A stretch of 64,000 nucleotides of DNA from Malacoraja senta (Eukaryota), in NCBI GenBank assembly GCA_038087875.1, contig CM075987.1:24802001-24866000 (forward strand), read 5' to 3'. Positions 1 through 12,487 of the stretch are shown here, in pieces (position 1 is the stretch's first letter; every line of letters begins with the position of its first letter). Both the position numbers and the translations under genes were made by a program. Below the pieces are notes generated by a model. That model worked only from the letters and a program-made list of their open reading frames with translations. It made no database searches and had not been told where the DNA came from.

Positions 1-63
1 AGTCCATGCCGACCATCGATCACCCATTCACACTATGTTCACACTAGTCCACTCCCCATAGAG

Positions 64-568
64 CGAGTGCAGAGAAGGTTCACCAGACTGAATCCTGGGA
101 TGTCAGGACTTTCATATGAAGAAAGACTGGATAGACTTGGCTTATACTCGCTAGAATTTAGGAGATTGAGAGGGGATCTTATAGAAACGTACAAAATTCT
201 TATGGGGTTGGACAGGCTAGATGCAGGAAGATTGTTCCCGATGTTGGGGAAGTCCAGGACAAGGGGTCACAGCTTAAGGATAAGGGGGAAATCCTTTAAG
301 ACCGAGATGAGGAAAAATGTTTTCACACAGAGAGTGGTGAATCTCTGGAACTCTCTGCCACAGAGGGTAGTTGAGGCCAGTTCATTGGCTATATTTAAGA
401 GGGAGTTAGACGTGGCCCTTGTGGCTAAAGGGATCAGGGGGTATGGAGAGAAGGCAGGTACGGGATACTGAGTTGGATGATCAGCCATGATCATATTGAA
501 TGGCGGTGCAGGCTCGAAGGGCCGAATGGCCTACTCCTGCACCTATTTTCTATGTATCTATGTATCTA
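64..568 (+). mobile_element. 5'-truncated copy of the same young CR1 family
   Basis: Near-identical to 51622-52125 (ORF2 C-terminus to EKAGTGY-stop, 3'UTR, tail). Confidence 0.92.
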
Positions 569-3144
569 CACACTAGGGACAATTTATAATTAACCCACCA
601 ACCCGTACATCTTTGAGATATAGGGGGAAACTGGAGGAAACCCACGCAGTCTCAGGTAGAGCGCGCAAACTTCATACAGACATCACCTGAGGTAAGGATC
701 AAACCTGGATCGCTGGCACTGTGAGGCCTCAGCTCTACCAGCTGCACCACTGTAGTTTTTTTTAGTTTTTGTTAGTTTTAGAGATACAGCGCGGAAACTG
801 GCCCTTGGGCCCACCGAGTCCGCACCGTCCAGCGATCCCCGCGCATTAACACCATCCTACACACACTGGGGACAATTTACACATACACCAAGGCAATGAA
901 CCTACCTCTTTGGAGTGTGGGAGGAAACCGAAGATCTCAGAGAAAACCCACGCAGGTCATGGGGAGAACGTACAAACTCCGTACAGACAGCATCCGTAGT
1001 CAGGATCGAACCTGGGTCTCTGGCCCTTGCTTTCCCTCTCTCTCCATCCCCTCCCCCTTCCCAGTTCTCCCACCAGTCTTACTGTCTCCGACTACATTCT
1101 ATCTCTGTCCCGCCCTCGACCCGAAACGTCACCCATTCCTTCTCCCCAGAGATGCTGCCTGTCCCGCTGAGTTACTCCAGCGTTTTGTGTCTACCTTTCA
1201 TTCAGAAACACTTGTAAATCATTGTGATCTTATTGTTGTGATTGCTTTAAACATGGATCTTTTTGTGCTGCAACTTTTTTAATAGCACTCCACGTTCCCT
1301 GGTTAAAACCAAAGGGTGAGAATGTAACAACAAGCCCCATGACCATGCTATTGTTGAGTTGGCTCCTTTGTTTTTCCTGTTCCGCTAATGCCAGATCCAC
1401 AAAAAACTGGCCTCTGTCCGGGCATCGGTTGGCACAGTGGCTGTGGGATCCGTGACACTATAAGTATGTATTTCTGTATGTACTTAATCTATGAACCACT
1501 GTTGTATAACGTTAGTACCTCCACCAATGTAAAGCACTTTGCTCAACGAGAGTTGTGTTTTAAATGTACTATGGAAATAAAAGTGACTTGACTTGACTTG
1601 ACATTCACAGTTTTCCATGTTCAGCATCACCACCTAAAGTGCAAGTTAAATTTGCTTTTATGAAGGCAGCAGGAAGCACATTACGCTGGATATATAACCC
1701 AAATGTATAATTCAGAAGTCTATCGACCAACAGGGGGGGACTTGCAAATTTCATGATCTCAAATTATTCCAATGCACTGGAAAACCAATGAAGCAATCCT
1801 TTTCTTTTGACTTGTGTGCTGTTGTAACGTTGTGAAACCGGCTGTAAATTTGTACATGACAATGGATTGGGATAATGATTCCATAGCTCTGATTTTCACC
1901 GGCGTTGATGAAAGATGAGGTGCAGGATGTGAGGGGGGAATCTTCACATACTTCTTTTGAATTGAGCTGTGGGATGTTTTTGTTCATCTCAAAGAAATGT
2001 AAGGTGTCCCACACCAGGGGGCCACATGAGTGGCACGGGTGGGGGACAGATTTGTGAAATTTGAGAAATGTATATAGACTGTATTGAACAATTTGTAGAG
2101 CCTCCGAAAATGTCGGATGAATTTTTCGCACGGTTCACGTATTGTATATATTTATTACCTGAATAAAGTCTATTTTGGAAAAAAAAAGTACGCCTTGGTT
2201 TAATGCCCCATTCCTTCAACCCAGGCGCATGAATATTGATTTCTCTAACTTCAAGTAACCCCTCCATTCCCTTTCTCTCTCCATCTCTCCCCGACCCAAG
2301 TCACACCAGCTTCTCGTTCTCACCTAGCAAACAGCTAACAATGGCCTACTTCCTTTATTATTGTTACTTCATTGTATATCTTTCATTCATTTGTTCTAAA
2401 TCTCTCTACATCCTCATCTATATCTCTCGTTTCCCTTTCCCGTGACCTTCTGTCTGATGAAGGGTCTTGACCTGAAACGTTACCCATTCCTTCTCTTCAG
2501 AGATGCAGCCTCTCCCGCTGAGTTACTCCAGCATTTGGTGTCTATTTACAGATTCAGGGACAGTTTCTTCCTAGCTTACAGATTTAGTTTAGTTTAGATT
2601 AGAGATAGTGCGTAAACAGGCCCTTCGGCCCATCGAGTCTGCTCCGACTAACAATCCCCGCACATTAACACTATCCTACACACACACGGGACAATTTACA
2701 TTTATACCAAGTCAATTAACCGACAAATCTGTACGCCTTTGGAGTGTGGGAGGAAACCGAGGATCTCGGTGGAAATCCGCATGGTCACGGGGAGAATGTA
2801 CAAACTCCGTACAGACAGCACCCGTAGTCAGGATCAAACCCGGGTCTCTGGCGCTGTAAGGCAGCGACTACTGCTGTGCCACCGCACCACCATGTGCTGA
2901 TTCAGGGGCAGTTTCTTCCCAGCTGTTATCGGGCAACTGAACAGTCCTCTCATCAGCTTGAGTGTAGTCCTGACCTCCCATCTCTCCTATATATCGGCGA
3001 GACCTAGCGCAGGCTCGGCGGTCGTTTTGATGAACACCTCTGCTCATTCTGCGTAGGCCTACGTGGTCTCCGGTTGCTAAACACTTTACCCTCCCATCCC
3101 CACCTGTACTAATCCCTTCTTGGTTAGTACGGGTGTCAGAGGTT

Positions 3145-3755
3145 TACCCCTTATTCTTAAACCGTGGCCCCTGGTTCTGGACTCCCCCAACATCGGGAAC
3201 ATTTTTCCAGCATCTGCCCTGTCCAATCCCTTAAGAATTTTTATATGTTTCCATAAAATCCCCTCTCATCCTTCTGAATTTCAGTGAATACAAGCCCAGT
3301 CGACCTATTCTTTCATCATATGTCAGTCCCGCCATCCCGGGAATTAACGCGGTGAACCTACGCTGCACTCCCTCAATAGCAATAATGTCCTTCCTCAAAT
3401 TAGGGGACCAAAACTGCACACTATACTCCAGGTGTGGTCTCACTAGGGCTCTGTACAACTGCAGAAGGACCTCTTTACTCCTATACTCGACTCCTCTTGT
3501 TATAAAGGCCAACATGCCATTGGCTTACTTCACTGCCTGCTGTACCTGCATGCCTACTTTCATAGACTGATGAACAAGGACCCCCAGATCCCGTTGTACT
3601 TCCCCTTTTCCCAACTTGACGCCATTTAGATAGTAATCTGCCTTCCTGTTTTTGATACCAAAGTGGATAACCTCACATTTATCCACATTAAACTTCATCT
3701 GCCATGCATCTGCCCACTCCCCCAACCTGTCCAAGTCACCCTGCATTCTCATAGC
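3145..3755 (-). mobile_element. CR1 ORF2 C-terminal fragment
   Basis: ORFs read MQGDLDRLGEWADAWQMKFNVDKC and LVRPHLEYSVQFWSP, separated by a stop. Confidence 0.88.
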
Positions 3756-3783
3756 ATTATAAAGGAAACGTTGCATTAGGATG

Positions 3784-4177
3784 TGTAGGAAGGAACTGCA
3801 GATGCTGGTTTACACTGACGATAGACACAAAATGCTGATGTAACTCGGCGGGACTGGCAGTATCTGTGGATAGAAGGAATGGGTGATGTTTTGGGTCGAG
3901 ACCCTTTCTGCAGACTGAGAGTCAGGGGAGAGGGAAACACAGAGATGGGGAAGGGTAAGATGTGGAAACAAGAGATCAAAGGGGACGAAGCTCGAGGAAA
4001 ATACAGATCATTGTCAGCTTGTGGAAGGTGACCACGAGGCATACTAAGTACATTTTAATAAGGAGGACAGTCAAATTAATCAGAGAACTAGGATGGGGGA
4101 GGGATGGAGAGAGAGGGAAAGCAAGGGTTACTTGGTTAGAAAGTTAGAGAAGTCAATATTCATACTGCTGGATGTAA
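3784..4177 (-). mobile_element. Penelope-like 3' fragment
   Basis: Reverse-complement terminal repeat. Direct repeat GCATTAGGATG at 3773-3783 and 4178-4188. Confidence 0.8.
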
Positions 4178-4320
4178 GCATTAGGATGATCTTTTAAAAA
4201 AAAAATATATATATATATATATAGAGTCAATGGTCATAATATTTGAAGTGGCCACACCTCTGTAATGTCAGTCTAAGGTCCAGTCCTTTGTTCATTCTAA
4301 CTGAGAATAAGAAAAATGAG

Positions 4321-4541
4321 AGGTAGACAAAAATGCTGGAGAGACTCGGCGGGTGAGGCAGCATCTATGGAGCGAAGGAAATAGGCGACGTTTCGGGTCG
4401 AGACCCTTCTTCAGACGCGAAACGTCTCAACCCGAAACATCGCCTATTCCCTTCGCTCCATAGATGCTGCCTCGCCCGCTGAGTTTCTCCAGCGTTTTGG
4501 TCTACCTTCGATTTTCCAGCATCTGCAGTTCCTTCTTAAAC
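4321..4541. mobile_element. Penelope-like terminal repeat inserted as an inverted (foldback) pair
   Basis: ~95-bp inverted arms plus tail. 14-bp direct repeat ATAAGAAAAATGAG at 4307-4320 and 4542-4555. Confidence 0.85.
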
Positions 4542-5110
4542 ATAAGAAAAATGAGCAAAGGTTTAAATTCCCGTTGGTGTGCCAAAGAGCCGTGAAACTC
4601 CAAAATCTGGCTTCAGGAAAAGGAGCTTGCAAACAATAGTTTTGGCCACAACGTCACGCTGAAAACAGTAATTACATTAAAGGAACTCCAGAGACTAATT
4701 TCACAGAGAGAAGGGAATCCAACTGCAAATTGGACGGCCAGCAAAAATCCCAATGATTGAACACCTATTTTCACAAACACAAAAATCATTTGGCAATGCT
4801 TCCTTTTCCACTTCCAAAGAAGAAGAGGTTTAGAAGCTGCTGGCAGTCATCAATGTGTGATCATTCATCATTTACATTTCTAGTGCTTGCTGCTCTGTGC
4901 TTTTCGAAGGACAATAGCATCCATGCTTTTCAAATTCATTACGAAGGATTTAGGGTGACACGGTGGCGCAGCGGTAGAGTTGCTGCCTTCCAGCGCCAGA
5001 GACCCGGGTTCCATCCCGTCTACTTGTGCTGTTTGTGTGGAGTTTGTACGTTCTCCCCGTGACCTGCGTGTGTTTTCACAGAGTCCTTCGGTTTCCTCCC
5101 ACACTCCAAA

Positions 5111-6013
5111 TGTGAACGTGCAGGGTTTTGGGTACTTTGGGAAATGGCAGGTGTTTGTGAAGGACTGGGCTTCACTGATGGTGACATCACATTGCAAGGG
5201 GCTGGAGACCCATGTTTCCTAGCTGTCGCCATTAAAAGCCCTGTCCCACTGTACGAGTTCATTCAAGAGTTCTCCCGAGTCTGCCCTGATTCGAACTCGG
5301 AGATTTACGGTAATGGCCGCTCGTCGGTACTCGGGGCTCTCGTGGACATTTTTCAACATGTTGAAAAATCTTCACGAGTCTTCACGAGCTTACCGCGTTT
5401 CCCGAGTACCTGCCGTTAGTGTCACGAGCTGCTAAGAGACGTCCCCGAGCTCCGACATACCCGCTACGTACATTCTACTTGCTTCCACGAGTTTTTTTTT
5501 TTTTTAACTCAGGAGAGCTCTTGAATAAACTCGTACAGTGGGACAGGGCTTTATGTCTGCGCTCCTAGAGGTTTTTGTTATGTTTCAATACACTGATGCT
5601 TGTTCCGTTAGGGGAGTTTTATGTTTCTGCATCTTCCCGCCAGTACCCGTGATTGCTCCAGTGGGGTTGCCTTCCTCTGTATGTTTCGACTTTGTACTGC
5701 AGACGTTTTCACTTTGTTTCTGTGTACTGAATAGGTGCCGTGATTTGGTCTCAAGGGGTTGCCTCCCCCTGTACATTCGCGCCGTTAGTCTCCCGCCACT
5801 GTATAGGGGTATAAAAGGGTGATCATTTTGTTGTGGTCGGTTGGTTGTCTTTCCTTCTGTTCTGTTTACGCGAGGCTGCTGAGGGCTCAAGTGAGTAGAT
5901 CTGAGCCCGGCCCGCGGTGTTGTATACAAATAAAGAAGGGATTGGACTCCAGTGTTCGACTCAGTGGTTTACTGAACCAGACACGGGAGAGAGTATTAGA
6001 TCCGGAATTCACA
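5111..6013 (+). mobile_element. Solo LTR inserted in a SINE and itself interrupted by a MITE
   Basis: Termini TGTGAA...TTCACA; 4-bp TSD CAAA (5107-5110, 6014-6017); TATAAAA at 5810-5816; AATAAA at 5929-5934. Removing it restores SINE sequence CACACTCCAAAGACGTACAGG. Confidence 0.88.
5236..5551. mobile_element. PIF/Harbinger-type MITE, family A
   Basis: TIR AAGCCCTGTCCCACTGTACGAG and its reverse complement; flanks TAA/TAT. Same family as 26547-26867, in the opposite orientation. Confidence 0.82.
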
Positions 6014-6442
6014 CAAAGACGTACAGGTTTGCCGGCTAATTGGCTTGGTAATGTAAAAATTGTCTATAGTGTGTGTAGGATAGTGTTAATGTGCGGGGAT
6101 CACTGGTCGGCGTGGACCCGGTGGGCTGAAGGGCCTGTTTCCACGCTGTATCGCTCAAAACTAAAAAAGGCCTTTGACATTTCCACCCTGGGAACATGCT
6201 TTGGAATATCCTCTCTACTCCTCTCACAATCTCCTTCAGGCCGCTCTTGCAGATCTCTACACCCTCTGGAAATTGTAGTCCAAAGAAGAATCCCGAACCA
6301 AAACGTCATCGATCCATGTTCTCCAGGGATGCTGCCTGACCCGCTGAGCTTGGTTCAGGTTAGTATAGAGATAAATCGCGGAAGCAGAACCTTCGGCCCA
6401 CGGAGTCCGCACCGACCAGCGATTCCCGCACACTGACACTAT

Positions 6443-6886
<444 letters not shown>

Positions 6887-8193
6887 GGGACAATTTACAT
6901 TTTTACCGTCTTTGGAGTGTGGGAGGAAACCAAAGATCACGGAGGAAACCCAGGTCACGCAGGTCACGGGGAGAACGTACAAACTCCGTACAGACAAGCG
7001 CCCGCAGTCAGGATCGAACCCGGGTCTCAGACGCTGCAAGGCAGCAGCTCCAGCGCTGCGCCACCGTGCGGCCCTCCAGCAACGTAGTGTCCTTCTACCT
7101 CTGCTATCCCTCGGCACTGAGCAAATCAGCTGGTATCTTACGGAATGATTTTAAGCTTTGGTAACTTTGCTTTGTATAGTTCAACGGAGAAGAGAAGTGA
7201 CCTGCGATCAGCGAATCCACTCACGTCCACAGGGAATGGAGGCCAATGCGCAAATTGCCACTTTGAATGTTTCATCAGTCGCCTCTGACAATAGTTATTT
7301 TGGGTTGTTTTGACAGTTCTGATGTTCTTAAATAACTTACGTTTATGTCCCTTTCTCCGGGGTAAGAAAAACACCATCTAAAATTGCCTGCCGGAGTGAT
7401 GGACATTTCCTCTTATCCATGCTGATAAGTTTCTAGGCCTGAAGGATTATTCCACGACCAGCTACAAACTTTAGGATCATCAGTAATCCCTCAGGGCTGC
7501 GGTCGGAAAATTGACCCAAATGAGAAGATATTAAACAATTTAACGACAACCATTCTCCAGTTAAAATCGGAGATAATGCCTTTTTCACACGGAATACAAA
7601 CTACGTCTGTGATGAGTGCTGCAGCAGTGTGCTCATTGCATTGTGATAAATGCCGCTCCGTGGCTTGGTCATTATGGAGGAAATAAAGTTAACGATGGCC
7701 TTACGGTTAATTTCAATAATGGCCCACTGGGGCCATTAGCTGCAAGAATAAAATTAAAGGCACAAAAGTAATTGTTTTGGAAGTGTAACGCTTGCATTTC
7801 CAAATCGATTTCAAGAACACTGCGCCATAGCTCAGCTTTGGAACAGCAACGTAAATATGGCACAGTTCCAGTCACCCGTCTTTGGGTGCTGTCTGTGTGG
7901 AGTTTGCATGATGTGTGGCGACTGTACGGGTTTCCTTCGGGGTGCTCCAGTTTCCTCCCACGACCCCACACATCGTGTCAGTCAGTCTGTTAATAGATCA
8001 CGGCAAATTGCCCCCGACCCCCAGAAAGATCTGTGCTGGAAGGAACTGCAGATGCTGGTTTAAACCGAAGATAGACACAAAATGCTGGAGTAACTCAGCG
8101 TCTCTGGAGAGAAGGAACGGGTGATGTTTCGGGTCGAGGTCCTTCTTCAGAAGATCTGTTCTTCAGTACATGCCCTGCCTAAAACTGACTTTA

Positions 8194-8396
8194 AGGGTCT
8201 GTCCCACTTGGCGATTTCAGTGTCATATCAGTGTCGCCAAAAGATTTTGAACGTTTCAAATTCCAGCGGCGACAAAAAAAAAATGTCGCGACACTTGAAA
8301 AAACGCCGCGCGTCAATACGACACCACGCCGCAAATTTTTCAGTGACCTGATACGTCGGTCAATGATGCCAAAAATCGCCAAGTGGGACAGGCCCT
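8194..8396. mobile_element. PIF/Harbinger-type MITE, family B
   Basis: TIR AGGG(T/C)CTGTCCCACTTGGCGATTT. Perfect TTA TSD (8191-8193, 8397-8399). Confidence 0.85.
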
Positions 8397-8629
8397 TTAA
8401 TGTTAATCTGTAGTTCTTGTGGTAAAGTGGGTGTAATGGGAACCTATTGTGTGTCATTTACACTTCACTACTGGCCCCAATGAAGCATTGTATTAAAAGG
8501 GGCTGATAGATAGTTGCTGAGAGGCTGCTTACCGTGGTGGAGAACAATGCATGCACATGGGCTCATTCAAGGATGATTCATTTATTGTTCTGAATTATTT
8601 TTTTTTGTATCTGGGACCCCACAAAGATG

Positions 8630-9103
8630 AACACCTTCGCTTGGACCTACCTGATCTTTCGGTTCCTAAACACTTTAATTCTCCTTCCCATTCCCACACT
8701 GACCTTTCTGTCCTCGGTCTCCTCCATTTTCAGAGTGAGGCTAAACGCAAATTGGAGGAATAGCATCTCATATTTTGCTTGGGCAGCTTACAGCCCAGTG
8801 GTATGAATGTTGATTTTTCTAACTTCAGGTAGCCCCCGGCATTCCCTCTCTCTCCATCCCTCCATCACCCAAGTCACACCAGCTTCTCGTTCTCACCTAG
8901 CAAACAGCTAACAATGGCCTGTTTCCTTTATCATTGTTACTGTTTTTACTCATTGTTCTTTATCTCTCTATATCACCGTCTATAGCTCTCCTTGCCCTTA
9001 TCCCAAACCAGTCTGAAGAAGGGTCTCGACACAAAACGTCACCCGTTCCTTCTCTCCAGCGATGCTGTTTGTCCCACTGAGTTGCTCCAGTTTGTTCTGT
9101 CTA
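8630..9103 (+). mobile_element. Penelope-like 3' fragment
   Basis: GIY-YIG C-terminus (HFNSPSHSHTDLSVLGL) plus terminal repeat. 12-bp TSD CCCACAAAGATG (8618-8629, 9104-9115). Confidence 0.85.
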
Positions 9104-9293
9104 CCCACAAAGATGTAAATGTTTATATTCAAGATTAAAGATCACCCCACACCATTGGATCAGTGGAGTGAGGTGATTTGGATTGGAAGAATGAGTTGTT
9201 GGGATGAGGATCAAGCAACTGAATCATCCTACTACAACCAGAGAGCAGTGCTGAACTACTGTCTACCTCATTGGTGACCCTCGGACTATCCTT

Positions 9294-9655
9294 ATGGGGT
9301 TGGACAGGCTAGATGCAGGAAGATTGTTCCCGATGTTGGGGAAGTCCAGGACAAGGGGGTCACAGCTTAAGGATAAGGGGGAAATCCTTTAAGACCGAGA
9401 TGAGGAAAAACTTTTTCACGCAGAGAGTGGTGAATCTCTGGAACTCTCTGCCACAGAGGGTAGTTGAGGCCAGTTCATTGGCTATATTTAAGAGGGAGTT
9501 AGATGTGGCCCTTGTGGCTAAAGGGATCAGGGGGTATGGAGAGAAGGCAGGTACGGGATACTGAGTTGGATGATCAGCCATGATCATATTGAATGGCGGT
9601 GCAGGCTCGAAGGGCCGAATGGCCTACTCCTGCACCTATTTTCTATGTATCTATG
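9294..9655 (+). mobile_element. Young CR1 3' fragment inserted into a Rex/Babar 3' end
   Basis: Near-identical to the 3' end of the long CR1. Flanked by the direct repeat TATCCTT (9287-9293, 9656-9662). Confidence 0.9.
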
Positions 9656-9822
9656 TATCCTTGATCGGACTTTGCCGGCATCACCTTGCACTAAACATTA
9701 TTCCCTCATCATGTGTCTACGCACTGTAAATGGCTCGATTGTCATCATGTTTTATCTTTCTGCTGACTGGTTAGCACGCAACAAAAGCTTTTCGCTGTAC
9801 CTTGTGGTAAAGTGGGTGTAAT

Positions 9823-10797
9823 CTAATGGAGGGGGAGCCATCTTGGGGAACGGCTGCTAACCAGCAGCTGTCCGTTAAATTCACTTTTTTCTTAGTTTTT
9901 GTCTATGTTTGTTGGGGAATCTGACTTTTCATGTGGGGGGGGGGGGTAAGGGGGAAACTATTTTCTAGGTCCCTACCTGGTCGGTGAGGCAGCCTTTTCT
10001 CCGGGCTGCCCCATCGACCCATCCTTGCGGCCTACCAGCGGGCCTGGAGCGGCGTTTCCTGGCGGGGACCGCCCAGCACCTTCAGCTTCGGCGGCGGCAC
10101 AGTGCTGGAGCGCTATCGCGGAGTGGAGCGGGCGATGCCTTGCCTGGGTCGCCGCGCTGGATCGACGCGCTGGAGCTGTGACCGCCGAGTTCAACACCTC
10201 CGGGCTGCGGGACTGCGGGGCGGCGGCTCCGAGTCTAACATCGGGAGCCTCGGAGCTCCAAATCGGCACGGCCTTGTCGGCTTCAGAAGCCACGGACTCC
10301 GGTAGGAAACCGGCCGTTCCAGCCATCCCAGCCGCTGTGAGGACTCTCCCGACGCCGGGACAACTGCACCCGGCGAGAACGGCCAGGAACATCGGGCCTC
10401 CGTAGAGGCAACTGTGGAGGCCTCAATAGGCCTGACTTTGGGGAGAACTGGGGTTGGGGACTGGACATTGTGCCTTCCCCCACAGTGGTAACCATTGTGG
10501 GGGGGATGATTTTTGTGTGTAAATGATTATTTTATTCTGTGTCCAAGATGGCTGCCGGAAGGGAGAGTGGACACTGGCGCGTTTTAGCAGCCGCTGCTCT
10601 CTCTTTCATATTGTGTTTTTGATTTTTGTTTTCGGATTGAATTCTGTCTTTAATTTGTGTACTGGTGATGTCTTTGCTATTTATTTCATTCCGCTTACAT
10701 GTTTTTACACTATTTGTTAAATTTTGTAAGGTGTCCTTGAGACTCTTGAAAGGCGCCCATAAATAAAATGTATTATTATTATTATTATTATTATTAA
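9823..10797 (+). mobile_element. GC-rich non-autonomous retroelement with an L2-type 3' tail
   Basis: CpG-rich core shared with 32300-32865. Ends GTAAGGTGTCCTTGAGACTCTTGAAAGGCGCCCATAAATAAAATG(TAT)n. Interrupts a Rex-type tail, with TACCT on both sides. Confidence 0.65.
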
Positions 10798-11345
10798 TTA
10801 CCTCAGCACAAGTGACAATAAACTAAACTGAACTGAGCATTGTCATTTTTGGTAGACTCTGTGCAGAATTTGGATGGGAATGTAGGGAGAATAAAATGGG
10901 TTGGTGACGGATCAGTGTTGAATTGCACACATAATTGCCAGTACAGATTCAAGTGGCTGAAGGACCTACTTCTGTGATGATCTGCTGATGATTCTCTGGA
11001 CTGGCAGCCCACTTTTGCCCAGTGTTGTCTATTTGAACTTATTAAGTTATCTTTGTGGAAGACCTAACATTCAGCACCGCTGCAGGATTAAACCAAGCAA
11101 CAATATCTTCCGAAGATACACACAATAAGCTGGAGTAGATGTTTTGTATTGCTCCGCGTGCTATGGGAGAGGCCATTTTGGAAGTGTGGGAGATATTGAA
11201 GGCACATCATTTGAAAAGTGTAGGGAGTGGATATGAAAATGGGTCAACATGGAACAAGTGTGACCAGGAGGTCGATGGTTGGTGTGGACTCGGTGGGCCA
11301 AACGGCCTGTTTCCATGCTGCATCTCTCAATTAAACTAAACTAAA

Positions 11346-11761
11346 ATAGACACAAAATGCTGGAGTAACTCAGCGGGACAGGCAGCATGGACAAAAGGAA
11401 TAGGTGGCATTTCGGGTCGAGACCCTTCTTTAGACTGAGAGGTTGCCTGACTTCAGTTTAAACCAACATCTGCAGTTCCTTCCTACACATTAAAACTAAA
11501 CTGAGACATGAATTCAAAAATCTGAATTTTAAAATTGATATTTTAGGTGAGATTGAATAATTAATTCTTCTGCTCAGTCAAGCATATTTTGGGGAGCAGA
11601 TTGTTGGTGGAGGCCTATCTACTGGCTTGAGATCCAATGACACTCCCTGCTCAAACAGTATCAGAGTATTGAGTATAGAAGTTGGGAGGTCATGTTGCAG
11701 TTGTATAAGATGTTGGTGAGACCGCATTTAGAGCATTGTGTTCAGTTTTGTGCGCCATGTT
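11346..11761 (+). repeat. ~416-bp direct duplication of 34691-35108
   Basis: Near-identical composite sequence including the same internal junctions. Confidence 0.9.
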
Positions 11762-12242
11762 GAGAGAAGGAATAGGTGACGTTTTGGGTCGAGACCCTTC
11801 TTCAGACTGAGAGTCAGGGGAAAAGGAGATTTAGATGGTGATACAGAGAGATATAGAACAGACGAATGAAAGAAATGCAATAAAGAAACAGTGATGAAGG
11901 AAACAAGCCATTGTTAGCTGTGGGCTAGGTGAAAGTGAGTCACAGACAATGAGACTCAACAAGATGAATAGGCTGCCTGCTGTCTTTGCACTTTCCCAGT
12001 GGACTTTTACGATAAGAGGGACAAAGTTTAAAGGAAATGTGCTGGGCAAGTTATTTTTTCACACAGAGAGTGCTGGATGCCTGAAGTGGCGGTGGAGACA
12101 GCTACGATAGTGGCATTTATGAAGGTTTTGGATAGGCATCCTCTTTAGTCAGAGGGTGGTGAATCTGTGGAATTCACTGCCACAGATGGCTGTGGAGGCT
12201 GCCAATGGATATTTTTAAGGCAGAGATAGATAGATTCTTGAT

Positions 12243-12487
12243 CATAGAAACATAGAAACATAGAGAATAGGTGCAGGAGTAGGCCATTCGGCCCTTCGAG
12301 CCTGCACCGCCATTCAATATGATCATGGCTGATCATCCAACTCAGTATTCTGTACCTGCCTTCTCTCCATACCCCCTGATACCTTTAGCCACAAGGGCCA
12401 CATCTAACTCCCTCTTAAATATAGCCAATGAACTGGCCTCAACTACCTTCTGTGGCGGAAAATTCCACAGGTTCACCACTCTCTCTG
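12243..12487 (-). mobile_element. CR1 3' fragment nested in an older, opposite-strand CR1 3' end (12145-12640)
   Basis: Reverse-complement CR1 3'UTR and tail interrupt a plus-strand VNLWNSLP...FKAEIDRFL CR1 end. Confidence 0.8.

Noticed and set aside
1990..2188. Poly(A)-tailed retroposon end (AATAAA at ~2162, A9)
   Set aside because: Plausibly an L1/Tx1 3' fragment, but no TSD or coding motif supports a call.
9973..10405. ORFs in the GC-rich element (also 32332-32789, 58011-58778)
   Set aside because: No recognisable domain, frames not evidently conserved between copies, and open frames are expected at this GC content.
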